Positions 23,829 through 34,657 of a stretch of 64,000 nt of DNA are shown here, in pieces. Made by a program: the position numbers and the translations under genes. How positions within the stretch are numbered: position 1 is the stretch's first letter; every line of letters starts with the position of its first letter. This DNA is from Nitrospirales bacterium (GTDB lineage Bacteria > Nitrospirota > Nitrospiria > Nitrospirales > UBA8639), in assembly GCA_965203295.1 (NCBI GenBank), contig CBDBCZ010000019.1, positions 2,080,001 to 2,144,000 on the forward strand, read 5' to 3'. Below the pieces are notes generated by a model. It saw nothing but the letters and a program-made list of their open reading frames with translations, had not been told where the DNA came from and did no database searches.

Positions 23829-25061
23829 CGTCTCACGCTCTCCGGCTATCCCAGAATCTCCGTCACCACGCCCGCGCCCACCGTCCGGCCGCCCTCACGC
23901 ACCGCAAACCGTAACCCTTGCTCCATCGCAATCGGCGAGATCAACTCCCCACTCACCGTCACATTATCCCCCGGCATCACCATCTCCACCCCCGCATCCA
24001 ACTGCACCACCCCCGTCACATCCGTCGTCCGAAAATAAAACTGGGGCCGATACCCGTTAAAAAACGGCGTGTGCCGCCCCCCTTCTTCCTTCGTCAGCAC
24101 ATACACTTCGCCCAGAAACTTCGTGTGCGGCGTGATCGACTTCGGCTTCGCTAACACCATCCCCCGCTCCACGTCATCTTTCTTCGTCCCCCGCAACAAC
24201 GCTCCGATATTATCTCCCGCTTGCCCTTCATCCAACACTTTCCGAAACATCTCCACCCCCGTCACCACCGTCGTCTGCGTGTCCCGCAACCCCACAATCT
24301 CGATTTCATCGCCCACCTTCACTTGCCCGCGCTCGACGCGCCCCGTCACCACCGTACCCCGCCCACTGATCGTGAACACATCTTCAATCGGCATCAAAAA
24401 CGGCTTCTCGATCGCTCGCTGCGGCGTCGGCACATACGTATCGACCGCCTCTAACAACTTCAGAATCGACGGCACGCCCACCTCGCTTTGATCCCCTTCG
24501 ATCGCTTTGGTCGCTGACCCCACAATAATCGGAATCTCATCCCCCGGAAATTGATATTTCGTCAGCAATTCCCGCACTTCTAATTCCACCAACTCCAAGA
24601 GTTCCTTATCTTCGACTTTATCCGCCTTGTTGAGAAAGACCACAATGTAAGGCACCCCCACCTGTCGCGCCAACAAGATATGTTCCCGGGTCTGGGGCAT
24701 CGGCCCATCGGCCGCTGAGACCACCAAAATGGCCCCATCCATCTGCGCGGCCCCCGTGATCATGTTTTTCACATAATCGGCATGCCCCGGACAGTCCACA
24801 TGCGCATAGTGCCGATTCTCTGTCTCATATTCCACGTGCGATATGGCGATCGTCAAAATCTTCGTGGCGTCCCGGCGCCCTTGCGATTCACTCGCTTTGG
24901 CCACTTCATCATAGGAGATAAATTTCGCCATCCCCTTCTCTCCCATGACCTTCGTCAACGCTGACGTTAACGTCGTCTTCCCATGGTCCACGTGCCCGAT
25001 CGTCCCCACATTTAAATGCGGCTTCCGCCGCTCAAATTTCGACTTCGCCATCCTCCCCTCC
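23771..25061. repeat. 1291-bp direct repeat, copy 2
   Basis: Matches 7191..8481. Confidence 0.93.
23846..25051 (-). CDS. tuf: Elongation factor Tu (tRNA-operon copy)
   Basis: Protein identical to 7266..8471. Confidence 0.99.
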   Translation of the reverse strand: MAKSKFERRKPHLNVGTIGHVDHGKTTLTSALTKVMGEKGMAKFISYDEVAKASESQGRRDATKILTIAISHVEYETENRHYAHVDCPGHADYVKNMITGAAQMDGAILVVSAADGPMPQTREHILLARQVGVPYIVVFLNKADKVEDKELLELVELEVRELLTKYQFPGDEIPIIVGSATKAIEGDQSEVGVPSILKLLEAVDTYVPTPQRAIEKPFLMPIEDVFTISGRGTVVTGRVERGQVKVGDEIEIVGLRDTQTTVVTGVEMFRKVLDEGQAGDNIGALLRGTKKDDVERGMVLAKPKSITPHTKFLGEVYVLTKEEGGRHTPFFNGYRPQFYFRTTDVTGVVQLDAGVEMVMPGDNVTVSGELISPIAMEQGLRFAVREGGRTVGAGVVTEILG

Positions 25062-25200
25062 TAATAGGTTAATAGCTAAGCTGCCGTTGAATGGTTTTAT
25101 GCTTTGTATTCCCCATCACTGATAAAGTCTGGAGAAACACATCTCTTTATTCAATGATCCTAATGGCAAAACAAGAATCCACTTTTCCCATCTAAAGATC

Positions 25201-25276
25201 TGGAGCCCACGACGCGGATCGAACGCGTGACCTCGTCCTTACCAAGGACGTGCTCTGCCAACTGAGCTACGTGGGC
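25201..25276 (-). tRNA. tRNA-Thr (GGT)
   Basis: Anticodon arm CGTCC-TTGGTAA-GGACG; encoded CCA end. Confidence 0.97.
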
Positions 25277-25303
25277 CTTTAGCGTTCATTTAGCTTCATA
25301 AGT

Positions 25304-25378
25304 TGGAGCGGGCGACGGGATTTGAACCCGCGACAGCCAGCTTGGAAGGCTGGAACTCTACCACTGAGCTACGCCCGC
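25304..25378 (-). tRNA. tRNA-Gly (TCC)
   Basis: Anticodon arm CCAGC-CTTCCAA-GCTGG; encoded CCA end. Confidence 0.97.
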
Positions 25379-25611
25379 CCACCGTATCCGCAACTCTATT
25401 GCCAATTTCTTGCTCTTAATCTTTTTCTCGGAGCTTGTCTTTTCGAAAATGGACTCACTGAAGATTCAAGAAGCACAAAAGTTTCATCACAACTTGACAC
25501 GGCAAAAAAATTGCGGGTATTACTACCCAGAAGCAATCATTCTGCGCTTATTATTTCAACAAATGCCTTCTGAATCTTAGTCACCATCCAACATATAACA
25601 GCATCCAATTT

Positions 25612-25696
25612 TGGTGGGCAGGCAAGGATTCGAACCTTGGAAGCCGATGGCAACAGATTTACAGTCTGCCCCCGTTGTCCACTTGGGTACCTGCCC
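25612..25696 (-). tRNA. tRNA-Tyr (GTA)
   Basis: GCAGA-CTGTAAA-TCTGT, long variable arm, 85 nt, CCA end. Confidence 0.97.
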
Positions 25697-25926
25697 CTTG
25701 GTGATTTGCTTGGCGGATTGAAGCGCGATCATCAACTACAACTGTACAAAGACGGCTTTTTTATTTTTAAAATTAGGTGGGATACAGTGCCTACTGTGAG
25801 TAAATTAAACAAAAGAAAAGACATCTACCTCCCCCTCATTGAGGTCAAACTACGGCTACGAAAGTAAAAACTAAGAGCTTTTCCTAAGACTGAAAATGGA
25901 AATATGACGATCCCAATAAACGTTAT

Positions 25927-25955
25927 ATAATAAGGTAATCCAGAAATTCCGTCAA
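25927..25955 (-). promoter_or_regulatory. Putative sigma70 promoter for the tRNA-tuf operon
   Basis: TTGACG-17 bp-TATTAT. Confidence 0.55.
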
Positions 25956-26212
25956 GGCTTTTCATGAAATTTGGTCCAAGAGTATGAGAGCACAACAGGA
26001 AGACCAAGCTTTTCCTCTACACTCACTGGCATGAAACACTTCATCAGGCCCCCAATCTACCGCAACTTTTTATGTTGCCTAAAGAGGGAAATCCTTAAAC
26101 ACATTAATCGCCTCCTCAAATCATTTCTACTCTATGTTTTCTAGACCAATCGAGACCTTGATCGGTCATAAGACCAGCCTTGCCTCAATTTAATTAGTCA
26201 ATATACATATTT

Positions 26213-26701
26213 ATGGCCATGCCAAGACCGTACCTCAAGAGCCTTGTTGGAACATGCATTCTTATTTTTTGGATTTTTCTACAACTTGGAGCCACTCTAC
26301 CAGAACCCGTTCAGTTAGACAGGGGGTTAGCCAGGATCACGACGCCTCAAGGCTCAATTATTTATGCAGAAATTGCCGATACTCCAGAAAAAATGGCCAG
26401 AGGCCTCATGTTTCTGACATCACTAGCCCCGGACAGGGGTATGCTCTTTACGTTTCAAGGCAAGGGACGATGGACATTCTGGATGAAAAACACCAAGATA
26501 TCTCTCGATATCATCTGGCTGGACCAGGAGGGAAAAATCGTTCACATCAACCACAATACTCCAACCTGTGAACGGATTGACGATTTTTGCCCACGGTATA
26601 CTCCTAATGAACCGGCTATCTGGGTTTTTGAAGTGAGGGGAGGTCAAGCCAAAAAATTAAGGCTACAGACGGGATCTCGACTAAAGGTTGAATTGCCTTA
26701 A
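26213..26701 (+). CDS. DUF192-family exported protein
   Basis: EIADTPEKMARGLMF, GMLF, FWMKNT, LDIIW; N-terminal hydrophobic segment. Confidence 0.88.
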   Translation: MAMPRPYLKSLVGTCILIFWIFLQLGATLPEPVQLDRGLARITTPQGSIIYAEIADTPEKMARGLMFLTSLAPDRGMLFTFQGKGRWTFWMKNTKISLDIIWLDQEGKIVHINHNTPTCERIDDFCPRYTPNEPAIWVFEVRGGQAKKLRLQTGSRLKVELP

Positions 26702-26717
26702 ATCTGTGAAAACGGGA

Positions 26718-28901
26718 TCACCAGCCTCTCATTCGCCTCGCCGTGATGACCCCATCGACCCGTTCGATCTCTCGAAGGGTCCTTTCCAAATGTAACGTGT
26801 TGGAAATTTCAATGACAAAGTCCAGCTGGGCCTTTTGATCTTCTCTAGTGAGAATTTCAGCTCGACTGATGTTCGCCTGACATGCTGAAATAGCTGCGGA
26901 GACTTTAGCCAGGACGCCAGTCCGATCCATCGTCAATACGGCTACTTTAACAGAGTGAGACTCTTCCGTTTGTTGGTCCCATTCAACCTCGACCAATCGG
27001 TCTTTTTCGTAATCTAACGCTTCAAGATTTGGGCAGCCTACAGAATGAATGGTCAAGCCACGCCCCCTGGTGATATATCCTCTGATGGCATCACCTGGAA
27101 CTGGATTACAACATTTAGAAAGCTGCATCAGCAAATTGTGTGTCCCTTTAACTTTCACGGTCTTCACTTCAGGGCTGAAGGGTTTTTCGCTAATTTCTAC
27201 GCTTCGGGGAGAAGACTCAGCCACTTCCTTGTAATCATCAGAGACAAAATTCAAGGCAACCTGCGCTGCTGAAAGCCTGCCATACCCAATCATCCTCAGA
27301 AACTCGTCAACGCTTTCGTATCCCTTGGATCGACCAAGCCGAAGCAACTGCTCAGATTTCAATATATGCGCGACAGGAAGATTTCGGCGACGAAGTTCGC
27401 GCTCCAGCAAACGGTGACCAAGCTCAAGGCCACGTTTTTGCTCCTCAGTTTTTAGCCAATGCTTTATTTTTGCACGGGCCCGAGAGGTGCGGACAAATTT
27501 AAGCCAACTTTTGTGAGGAACCTGAGTCGGAGAGGTTAATATTTCAACTGTATCTCCGCTCGTGAGAGAGTGCCGGAGGGGGACAATCCTTCCATTGACT
27601 TTCGCACCCAGGCAATGATCCCCAATCTCGGTATGAATGGCATAGGCGAAATCCACAGGCGACGACCCTATTGGTAATTCCTTCACTTCCCCTCGGGGAG
27701 TAAAAGCAAAAACCACATCATGGAAAACGTCTAAATGAAACAAGTCCAGCTTTACCGAATCCATGAACTGACGATTATCAGAAAGATCTTTATGCCATTC
27801 CACAAATTGCCGTAACCAGCTAAAGATCTTTTCGTCCCGTTCTGCGACTTTTCCTTGGTCCTTATAGCGCCAGTGGGAAGCCACACCATATTCAGCCAAA
27901 CGGTGCATCTCCTCCGTTCGTATTTGAAACTCGACATGCTCTCCTTGTGGCCCAATGACGTTCGTGTGAATGGATTGGTAAAGATTGGAACGTGGGGTGG
28001 CCACATAGTCTTTGAACCGTCCAGGAACCGGTGGCCACAAGAAATGGATTAACCCGAGAATCGCATAACAATTCATTTTCGTATCAGTAATAATTCGTAT
28101 GGCTGTCAGATCATAGACTTCCTCAAATGGAATTCCTTGGCGTTCCATTTTTTGAAATACACCATACAAGTGCTTGGGACGGCCTTGAACCGTTGCCATA
28201 TAACCTTCTTTTTCAAGAGCATCTTCGGCCACACTAATCAGACCCTTCAAGTACTCTTGCCTTTCTTCGTCTCGTTTGGCCACTCGTAACTTCAGCATGG
28301 CATAGGCATCAGGCTTCAAGTTTTGGAGACAAAGATCCTCTAATTCTTGTTTCATCCAACTCATTCCCAACCGATTGGCCAACGGGGCATAGATCTCTAA
28401 CGTTTCCTGGGCGATCTGCCGCCGCTTCACCTCCGATAAATGTGTAAGCGTTCTCATGTTATGGAGACGATCAGCAAGTTTGATAAACACCACACGCATA
28501 TCATCTGCCATTGAGAGAACCATCTTTCGAAAATTCTCAGCCTGCTTCTCTTCATACGACTTAAAAGGAATCTGTCCAATCTTCGTGACCCCTTCGACCA
28601 ATCTCGCGACTTCCTGCCCAAACTCTTTTTCCAGCTGAATTTGCGTGGCAACGGTGTCTTCCAATGTGTCATGGAGAAGCCCAGCAACAATGGCCGTCAC
28701 ATCGAGCCTGAGAAACGTCAGAATCTCTGCCACAGCTAAAGGATGTTGCAGATACGGTTCACCTGACTGACGGGTTTGGCCAGCATGAGCATTTGCCGAA
28801 AACTCATAGGCCCTTCGGATCAGGTGAGTATCGCTTTCAGGATGAAAACTATTGACCTGCTGAATGAGCCGGTCAATTTCCGAGACATTGATCAATGACA
28901 T
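26718..28901 (-). CDS. rel: Bifunctional (p)ppGpp synthetase/hydrolase (long RSH)
   Basis: HD motif LLHDTLED, RFKDY, EFQIRT, TGS, CCNP and ACT domains. Confidence 0.95.
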   Translation of the reverse strand: MSLINVSEIDRLIQQVNSFHPESDTHLIRRAYEFSANAHAGQTRQSGEPYLQHPLAVAEILTFLRLDVTAIVAGLLHDTLEDTVATQIQLEKEFGQEVARLVEGVTKIGQIPFKSYEEKQAENFRKMVLSMADDMRVVFIKLADRLHNMRTLTHLSEVKRRQIAQETLEIYAPLANRLGMSWMKQELEDLCLQNLKPDAYAMLKLRVAKRDEERQEYLKGLISVAEDALEKEGYMATVQGRPKHLYGVFQKMERQGIPFEEVYDLTAIRIITDTKMNCYAILGLIHFLWPPVPGRFKDYVATPRSNLYQSIHTNVIGPQGEHVEFQIRTEEMHRLAEYGVASHWRYKDQGKVAERDEKIFSWLRQFVEWHKDLSDNRQFMDSVKLDLFHLDVFHDVVFAFTPRGEVKELPIGSSPVDFAYAIHTEIGDHCLGAKVNGRIVPLRHSLTSGDTVEILTSPTQVPHKSWLKFVRTSRARAKIKHWLKTEEQKRGLELGHRLLERELRRRNLPVAHILKSEQLLRLGRSKGYESVDEFLRMIGYGRLSAAQVALNFVSDDYKEVAESSPRSVEISEKPFSPEVKTVKVKGTHNLLMQLSKCCNPVPGDAIRGYITRGRGLTIHSVGCPNLEALDYEKDRLVEVEWDQQTEESHSVKVAVLTMDRTGVLAKVSAAISACQANISRAEILTREDQKAQLDFVIEISNTLHLERTLREIERVDGVITARRMRGW

Positions 28902-30613
28902 GGAATGTCCTTCTCGGGCTGAGTGACTCGAATATCCCTAATTCGCAATTGAACCCGCTGATAACCTTTCCAATAATTCATCTCCGGCACGAAAGCTAAG
29001 TCAATAGTCCCAACGCTCGTGGACAGGGTCGAGAGATACTTCCCCATCCGAAATCCAATCCCTTCAAATGGCGCTGCCCCATCATGACGAACCACGAGTT
29101 TCAGATGGTCATCTCCGACAAGACGTTTATCTAAAACCTTTAACCCACTTGCCAAAAAAGTCGGCTCAGGATTTCCAAGCCCAAACGGGTGAAGATGATC
29201 CAATTCCTTCACCAATCGAGGATGAATGTCCCCTAAAAAGACTTGGGCATCAATATCCAGAACCTGGCGGTAATTGAGGGAACGAAGAGCCCTGGCGTTT
29301 AAATACTGGAGCCGCTCACGAAATGTATGTAACCGGTCTTCACGAATGACGAGTCCAGCAGCTGCAGCATGACCTCCAAATTTCTCGACAAGATCTCCAC
29401 ATTGGCTGAGAAGCGAACAAACATCCAATCCAGGAAGACTACGAACAGACCCTCGTCCTACTCCTTGTTGATCAAAAGCTACCACCACAGCGGGACAGTG
29501 GAAACATTCAACCAAGCGGGAGGCCACGATCCCCACAACACCCACATGCCAATTCCGTGCCCCTACCACAACCGCTGACTCCACACTGGACTCTTCTGCA
29601 AAACGCTTGGCTTCTTCAAAAATTCCATGCTCAATATCTCGACGCTCACGGTTCAATTGCTCAAGCCGTTGTGCCAGACTTACGGCTTCGTCATGGGATT
29701 CCGTGGTGAGCAACTGAACACCAAGCCGGGCATGAGCTAAACGCCCTGCGGCATTGATGACTGGCGCTAGCCGAAATCCCACGGTACTCGCCGTACATAC
29801 ACCTTCAACCCCGAGTTTTTGTTTTAACGCGCGAATCCCACATCTGGTTCCCTCACTTAGGCGTACCAACCCATCTCGAACGAGCGATCGATTTTCATCT
29901 TGGAGAGGAACCATATCAGCCACTGTGGAAAGAGCCACTAAATCCCTGAAACTCTCTACAGGAATACCCCGATCCCTATACTTAAAAAAATAGGCTTCTG
30001 CGACCTTGTAGGCCAACCCTCCCGAACAAAGGCCGTCAAAAGGGTACTTCGAATCAGACCGTTTCGGGTTTAAAAAAGCAAACCCATCAGGGTGACCCGC
30101 ATGAATCTGATGGTGATCGGTGACGATGACATCTATCCCCAATCTGTTGGCTATCTCAATTTCATGATGGGACGATGTTCCACAGTCAGCCGTCACTAAA
30201 ACTTTGGTACCCTCATGAGCAAGTTGATGAACAGCCCTTTCATTGAGACCATATCCCTCTGAAAAACGATCAGGGATATACATACTGGACTCGGCCCCAA
30301 ATTGACTGAAAAATTTCAGGTGAAGACTCGTGGCAGAAATCCCATCGACATCATAATCACCATAAAAACACATTCTTTCCCGATCATTGATCGCTCGATG
30401 AATTCGGTCAATGGCCTTTTCCATATCTGGGAGAAGAAACGGATCATGTCCATTTTCCTGAGAAGGATACATCCAAGATCGGGCATTCTCCGGATCTACC
30501 ACGCCTCGCCCAAGCAAAACCTTAGCGGTTATTGGGAAAATGGCTAAAGTCTTGGCCAAAGATTGGGAATGGGTTGGATCAATATCTCTTAAAACCCATT
30601 GCTTCTGAAGCAT
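28892..30613 (-). CDS. recJ: ssDNA exonuclease RecJ
   Basis: GDYDVDG, TADCG, TDHH, FGGHAAAAG, PFGLGNPEP. Confidence 0.96.
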   Translation of the reverse strand: MLQKQWVLRDIDPTHSQSLAKTLAIFPITAKVLLGRGVVDPENARSWMYPSQENGHDPFLLPDMEKAIDRIHRAINDRERMCFYGDYDVDGISATSLHLKFFSQFGAESSMYIPDRFSEGYGLNERAVHQLAHEGTKVLVTADCGTSSHHEIEIANRLGIDVIVTDHHQIHAGHPDGFAFLNPKRSDSKYPFDGLCSGGLAYKVAEAYFFKYRDRGIPVESFRDLVALSTVADMVPLQDENRSLVRDGLVRLSEGTRCGIRALKQKLGVEGVCTASTVGFRLAPVINAAGRLAHARLGVQLLTTESHDEAVSLAQRLEQLNRERRDIEHGIFEEAKRFAEESSVESAVVVGARNWHVGVVGIVASRLVECFHCPAVVVAFDQQGVGRGSVRSLPGLDVCSLLSQCGDLVEKFGGHAAAAGLVIREDRLHTFRERLQYLNARALRSLNYRQVLDIDAQVFLGDIHPRLVKELDHLHPFGLGNPEPTFLASGLKVLDKRLVGDDHLKLVVRHDGAAPFEGIGFRMGKYLSTLSTSVGTIDLAFVPEMNYWKGYQRVQLRIRDIRVTQPEKDIPCH

Positions 30614-30668
30614 TAAGCTCCTTTGCCTTACTCTTCAAAATATCGTAAATACTGAGAAAACCTTAAGA

Positions 30669-30697
30669 ATAATATGGTACCTTTATAGGCTTGTCAA
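30669..30697 (-). promoter_or_regulatory. Putative sigma70 promoter of recJ-rel
   Basis: TTGACA-17 bp-TATTAT. Confidence 0.65.
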
Positions 30698-30951
30698 ACC
30701 AACTGCACTCTGAACCTTCTTTCGCAGAAATCAGAAGTTGGAGGGAGCAGGAGATTGCATTTTCTTGAAAAGGCTGAAACCAAACACTGATGAAGAATGT
30801 TCGGGAACGTCCTAAATAAGACCTTCCCCCAACACAAGAAACGAGAAAAAATAAAGACAGAAGATATAGTGAACAGAAACGAAGAAATACTGACTGGCAG
30901 AAGGGTCGAGGGAACAGGAGAGGCAGAGAGGGAATCGTTGAAGAGGACCGG

Positions 30952-31152
30952 CTATTCTCCTCCTTTTTGAACGTAATTTTTCACGAATTCGGCGGCGTTC
31001 TCTTCTAAGACTTCATCAATTTCTTCCACTAATTGATCAATATCTTCTTGAATCTTTTTTCCCTCATCCAGGACTTTAGGATTCGCTTTGACTTTTTCTT
31101 CACGAGTAGGCGAAACCTTTTTTGATTCAGGCTTACGTTCTTGCCTCTCCAT
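30952..31152 (-). CDS. pup: Prokaryotic ubiquitin-like protein Pup (GGE-ending)
   Basis: C-terminus EIDEVLEENAAEFVKNYVQKGGE matches the Pup signature; GGAGG RBS. Confidence 0.92.
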   Translation of the reverse strand: MERQERKPESKKVSPTREEKVKANPKVLDEGKKIQEDIDQLVEEIDEVLEENAAEFVKNYVQKGGE

Positions 31153-31221
31153 GATAAAACCTCCAAAAGCAAGGACAAGAGATGAGATGTAATTTCTTTT
31201 CCACTATATCTCTATGCGTAA

Positions 31222-31249
31222 AGGATAGCAGTATATTTTTTTCCGTCAA
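31222..31249 (-). promoter_or_regulatory. Putative promoter of pup
   Basis: TTGACG-16 bp-TATCCT with an extended -10 TG. Confidence 0.45.
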
Positions 31250-31292
31250 GCTTCAAAATTCTTTAAAAAATCGTTTTTATCTTTCAATCACA

Positions 31293-33347
31293 TTAAACAA
31301 TAGAAGAAATGATCAAGAGAGCCACAATATTGATCACTTTAATCATAGGGTTAATGGCAGGACCTGCCGTGTCTTTAAAAGGATCTCCAACCGTATCTCC
31401 AGTCACTGCGGCTTTATGAGTCTCTGTCCCTTTTTTCCCCTGCTCTTCAATATATTTCTTGGCATTATCCCATGCTCCCCCTCCACTTGTCATCGTAATG
31501 GCCAAAAATAATCCTGTTACGATACTTCCAACCAACACTCCTCCCAGCGCAGCCGGGCCTAAAATTACGCCAACCAAAATCGGAGAGATCACTGGGATGA
31601 TCCCAGGAATCATCATTTTTTGGAGAGCAGCCTGGGTGACGATATCCACACATTTACCGTATTCTGGTTTCCCCGTCCCCTCCATAATCCCTTTAATTTC
31701 ACGAAACTGCCGACGAACTTCTTCAACGATCAAACCTCCGGCTTCACCAACCGCTTTCATACACAACGCACCGAAGATAAAAGGAAGCATCCCTCCAATG
31801 AATAATCCCACCAGGATACTCGGATTTGAAAGATCAAAAGCTATGGGATTGGCTCCCGCACTCGCAGCCCTCGCATACTCTGCAAACAACACGAGTGCCG
31901 CTAGCGCTGCTGACCCAATCGCATATCCTTTGGTCACGGCTTTCGTGGTGTTTCCCACAGCATCCAGAGCATCCGTTATTTCGCGAACATCAGCCCCTAA
32001 TTTAGACATCTCTGCAATGCCGCCAGCATTATCCGTGATAGGACCAAAGGCATCAATTGCCACGACGATTCCGGCCATGGACAGCATCGACACCGCAGCC
32101 ACAGCCACCCCATAAAGACCTCCTTGCTCAGCTCCCCCGCAAATGGCGAAACTTGACAGAATCGCCACGACAATGATCACCACTGGCCAAGCCGTCGCCT
32201 GCATTCCGACTGCCAAACCGGCAATAATATTGGTGGCATGTCCGGTCTCACTGGCTTTCGCGATGCTACGGACAGGGGAATAGCATGTCGCCGTGTAATA
32301 ATCTGTGATGAATACCAGGGCCAACGTCACCACGAGACCAATAAGAACCGCAATGTAATAACTCATTCCTGATACACCGCCAATGCCATCCATCATCATT
32401 GAGGTGACAGGGAAAAAGGCGACAGCCGCGATCCCACCACTGATGAACAGCCCCTTATATAGGGCGGACATAATGCTACCCCCTTCGCCAGTTTTCACGA
32501 AAAACGTACCTAGAATCGTGGCAAAGATCGTCATGCCCCCCAGTGCCAAAGGATAAAGAACCGGCTCAACCGACTGAGGAAACAAACTCATGGCTAACAC
32601 CATGGCGGCGACAATGGTGACCACATACGTTTCAAACAAATCAGCCGCCATTCCCGCGCAATCCCCGACGTTGTCTCCAACGTTATCGGCAATCACGGCT
32701 GGGTTTCGTGGATCATCTTCTGGAATCCCCGCTTCAACCTTCCCAACCAGATCCGCTCCGACGTCAGCTGCCTTCGTGAAAATTCCACCTCCAACGCGGG
32801 CAAACACAGATATAAGACTTCCACCAAACCCAAGGCTAATCAAAGCATGGACCGCCTTTTCGGGACCAGCAATCCAGGATCCGACGGCGTAAAATCCCGC
32901 TAGAGATAAAAGCCCTAACCCAATCAGCAAAAGCCCGGTTACAGCCCCTCCCCGAAAAGCCACATTCAGGGCGGGATTCAGTCCTTCAGAAGCAGCCTGA
33001 GCAGTTCGGACATTGGCCCTGACGGCAATAATCATTCCGATGTATCCTGCTGTCGCAGAGGCTGTCGCTCCGATCAGAAATCCCACAGCAGTTAACAGAC
33101 CGAAATTTTCAGACCAAAAACCAGCCAACCAAAGGATGAGAAACATGCCTCCTGCGACTATCGCCACCGTTCGATATTGTCGGTTCAAGAATGCCCCAGC
33201 ACCCTCCTGCACCGCTAAAGAAATATTTTGCATGATTTCACTTCCGGCCTCCTGTCGAAGCACCCAGAAAGTGAGATAGAGGCCATAGCCAATGCCAGCC
33301 ACAGCCGAAATGAGCGAAAACATAATCACCGTCGTCGTCACGTCCAC
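31293..33347 (-). CDS. hppA: Membrane H+-translocating pyrophosphatase, K+-independent type
   Basis: [25 protein letters not shown] (Lys marks the K+-independent type), [11 protein letters not shown]. Confidence 0.95.
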   Translation of the reverse strand: MDVTTTVIMFSLISAVAGIGYGLYLTFWVLRQEAGSEIMQNISLAVQEGAGAFLNRQYRTVAIVAGGMFLILWLAGFWSENFGLLTAVGFLIGATASATAGYIGMIIAVRANVRTAQAASEGLNPALNVAFRGGAVTGLLLIGLGLLSLAGFYAVGSWIAGPEKAVHALISLGFGGSLISVFARVGGGIFTKAADVGADLVGKVEAGIPEDDPRNPAVIADNVGDNVGDCAGMAADLFETYVVTIVAAMVLAMSLFPQSVEPVLYPLALGGMTIFATILGTFFVKTGEGGSIMSALYKGLFISGGIAAVAFFPVTSMMMDGIGGVSGMSYYIAVLIGLVVTLALVFITDYYTATCYSPVRSIAKASETGHATNIIAGLAVGMQATAWPVVIIVVAILSSFAICGGAEQGGLYGVAVAAVSMLSMAGIVVAIDAFGPITDNAGGIAEMSKLGADVREITDALDAVGNTTKAVTKGYAIGSAALAALVLFAEYARAASAGANPIAFDLSNPSILVGLFIGGMLPFIFGALCMKAVGEAGGLIVEEVRRQFREIKGIMEGTGKPEYGKCVDIVTQAALQKMMIPGIIPVISPILVGVILGPAALGGVLVGSIVTGLFLAITMTSGGGAWDNAKKYIEEQGKKGTETHKAAVTGDTVGDPFKDTAGPAINPMIKVINIVALLIISSIV

Positions 33348-33516
33348 AGATCAGTCCTCCTCTAAAATCCTAAAGTTTTTTCATTGTATGAGGGTAAAAG
33401 CCAGTCAGGTAGGCTTTTGTCGCTTCCCCGGAACCTCTCAGGTGCCTGCTAGTTGGAGAGCTCTCATTGACAAGGCTCCAGGAGTACTCCGGAGAAATTT
33501 AAAAGAAAAGTTATGC

Positions 33517-33545
33517 ATTGTATCTTGAGACACTCTTGTGATCAA
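33517..33545 (-). promoter_or_regulatory. Putative sigma70 promoter of hppA
   Basis: TTGATC-17 bp-TACAAT, about 170 bp upstream of the start. Confidence 0.5.
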
Positions 33546-33650
33546 GAAAAAAGACCAATTTGCACAAGATCTTACATAATTCACCGTAAGTACTCAATGA
33601 ACGTCATCTCCGACAACTCCAGATTTGTATTCGGCCAACGAGAGAAGACT

Positions 33651-34241
33651 CTATGAATTCGCTTCGACCAGAGAAGTGCGTAGAGCCACAATTTCATCAG
33701 GATGAAGTTCTCTCCATTGCCCAGGCTCAAGATTCCCCAACAGGACAGGACCTATCGCCATACGAATAATCCGGAGGGTAGGGTATCCAACAGCTGCTGT
33801 CATCCGACGAATCTGACGGTTCAGCCCTTGCCGAATAGTCATTTCGATCCAAGCCGTAGGGACCGATTTCCGGAATCGAATAGGGACAGACCGTGGCCAC
33901 AGGCAAAGGGCTTCTTCCAATAATGTGACAATCGCCTCATGCGTTTTTCGTCCCTGCACGACGACACCTTTTCGAAGCCTCTCTAAAATCGCGTCATCGG
34001 GAACACGCTCCACTTGAACCAAGTATTTTTTAGGAAGATTGTGACAGGGATCCGTAATCTGATGAGCCAGTCTTCCATCAGAAGTCAGCAACAGCAACCC
34101 CTCACTATCAAGGTCTAATCGTCCAGCGGGATACACATCTGGGATAGAAATGTAATCCGCTAATGTGGCTCGGCCCTCTGGATCAGTAAAACATGACAAG
34201 ACACCAAAAGGCTTATTGAAGATTAACGTTCTCGTTCGCAC
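33651..34241 (-). CDS. rRNA pseudouridine synthase, RsuA family (RluE-like, no S4 domain)
   Basis: FNKPFGV, GRLDLDSEGLLLLT, GLNRQIRRM. Confidence 0.92.
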   Translation of the reverse strand: MRTRTLIFNKPFGVLSCFTDPEGRATLADYISIPDVYPAGRLDLDSEGLLLLTSDGRLAHQITDPCHNLPKKYLVQVERVPDDAILERLRKGVVVQGRKTHEAIVTLLEEALCLWPRSVPIRFRKSVPTAWIEMTIRQGLNRQIRRMTAAVGYPTLRIIRMAIGPVLLGNLEPGQWRELHPDEIVALRTSLVEANS

Positions 34242-34657
34242 AACAATGTGATTCCCATTGAAAGCTCTTCTGACAAAACACGAAGCTCGTTAGGCTCTCA
34301 GAATTGAAGGAAGGTCGGCAAATTTACCCTTGCCAGACAGATCTCACAAGCTGTTCAAAGACCTTCTTATAAAATAACAGTTGACACATGCAGAGATCCC
34401 TTAAAGGCTCTGCCCTCGAAAACTGGGCAGTCCGTGTTGCCCGCACGCAGGAATTTTTGTTAAAGTGGACGTATTATCTACGCACAATCATAATTCAGAA
34501 TGTTCTTCCCCTGTAGTAACACGGCCTATCGCCTACCTGTATGCGAGGGACACCACACAGAACAGACGATGCCATTGTGGGAACGCTTCTTTAGAAATTC
34601 CTACATGAAAATTGTCTTGAACATATTGTTACAATAGGGTCACAAAAGGAGACACTT

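Noticed and set aside
25495..25525. Plus-strand TTGACA...TATTAC between tRNA-Gly and tRNA-Tyr
   Set aside because: 18-bp spacer, weak -10 and antisense to tRNA-Tyr; not enough support.
25825..26007. 60-aa hydrophobic ORF upstream of tRNA-Tyr
   Set aside because: Overlaps the candidate promoter in AT-rich DNA and has no recognisable features.
30952..31152. Calling the small protein UBact
   Set aside because: The EIDEVLEENA..FV..YVQKGGE tail is the Pup pattern rather than the R(S/T)G(E/Q) ending of UBact.
33430..33462. Glycine-riboswitch-like words (CTCTCAGG, GGAGAG) and a TPP-like CTGAGA
   Set aside because: The glycine words are antisense to hppA and lack the CCGAAG core; the other TPP elements are missing.
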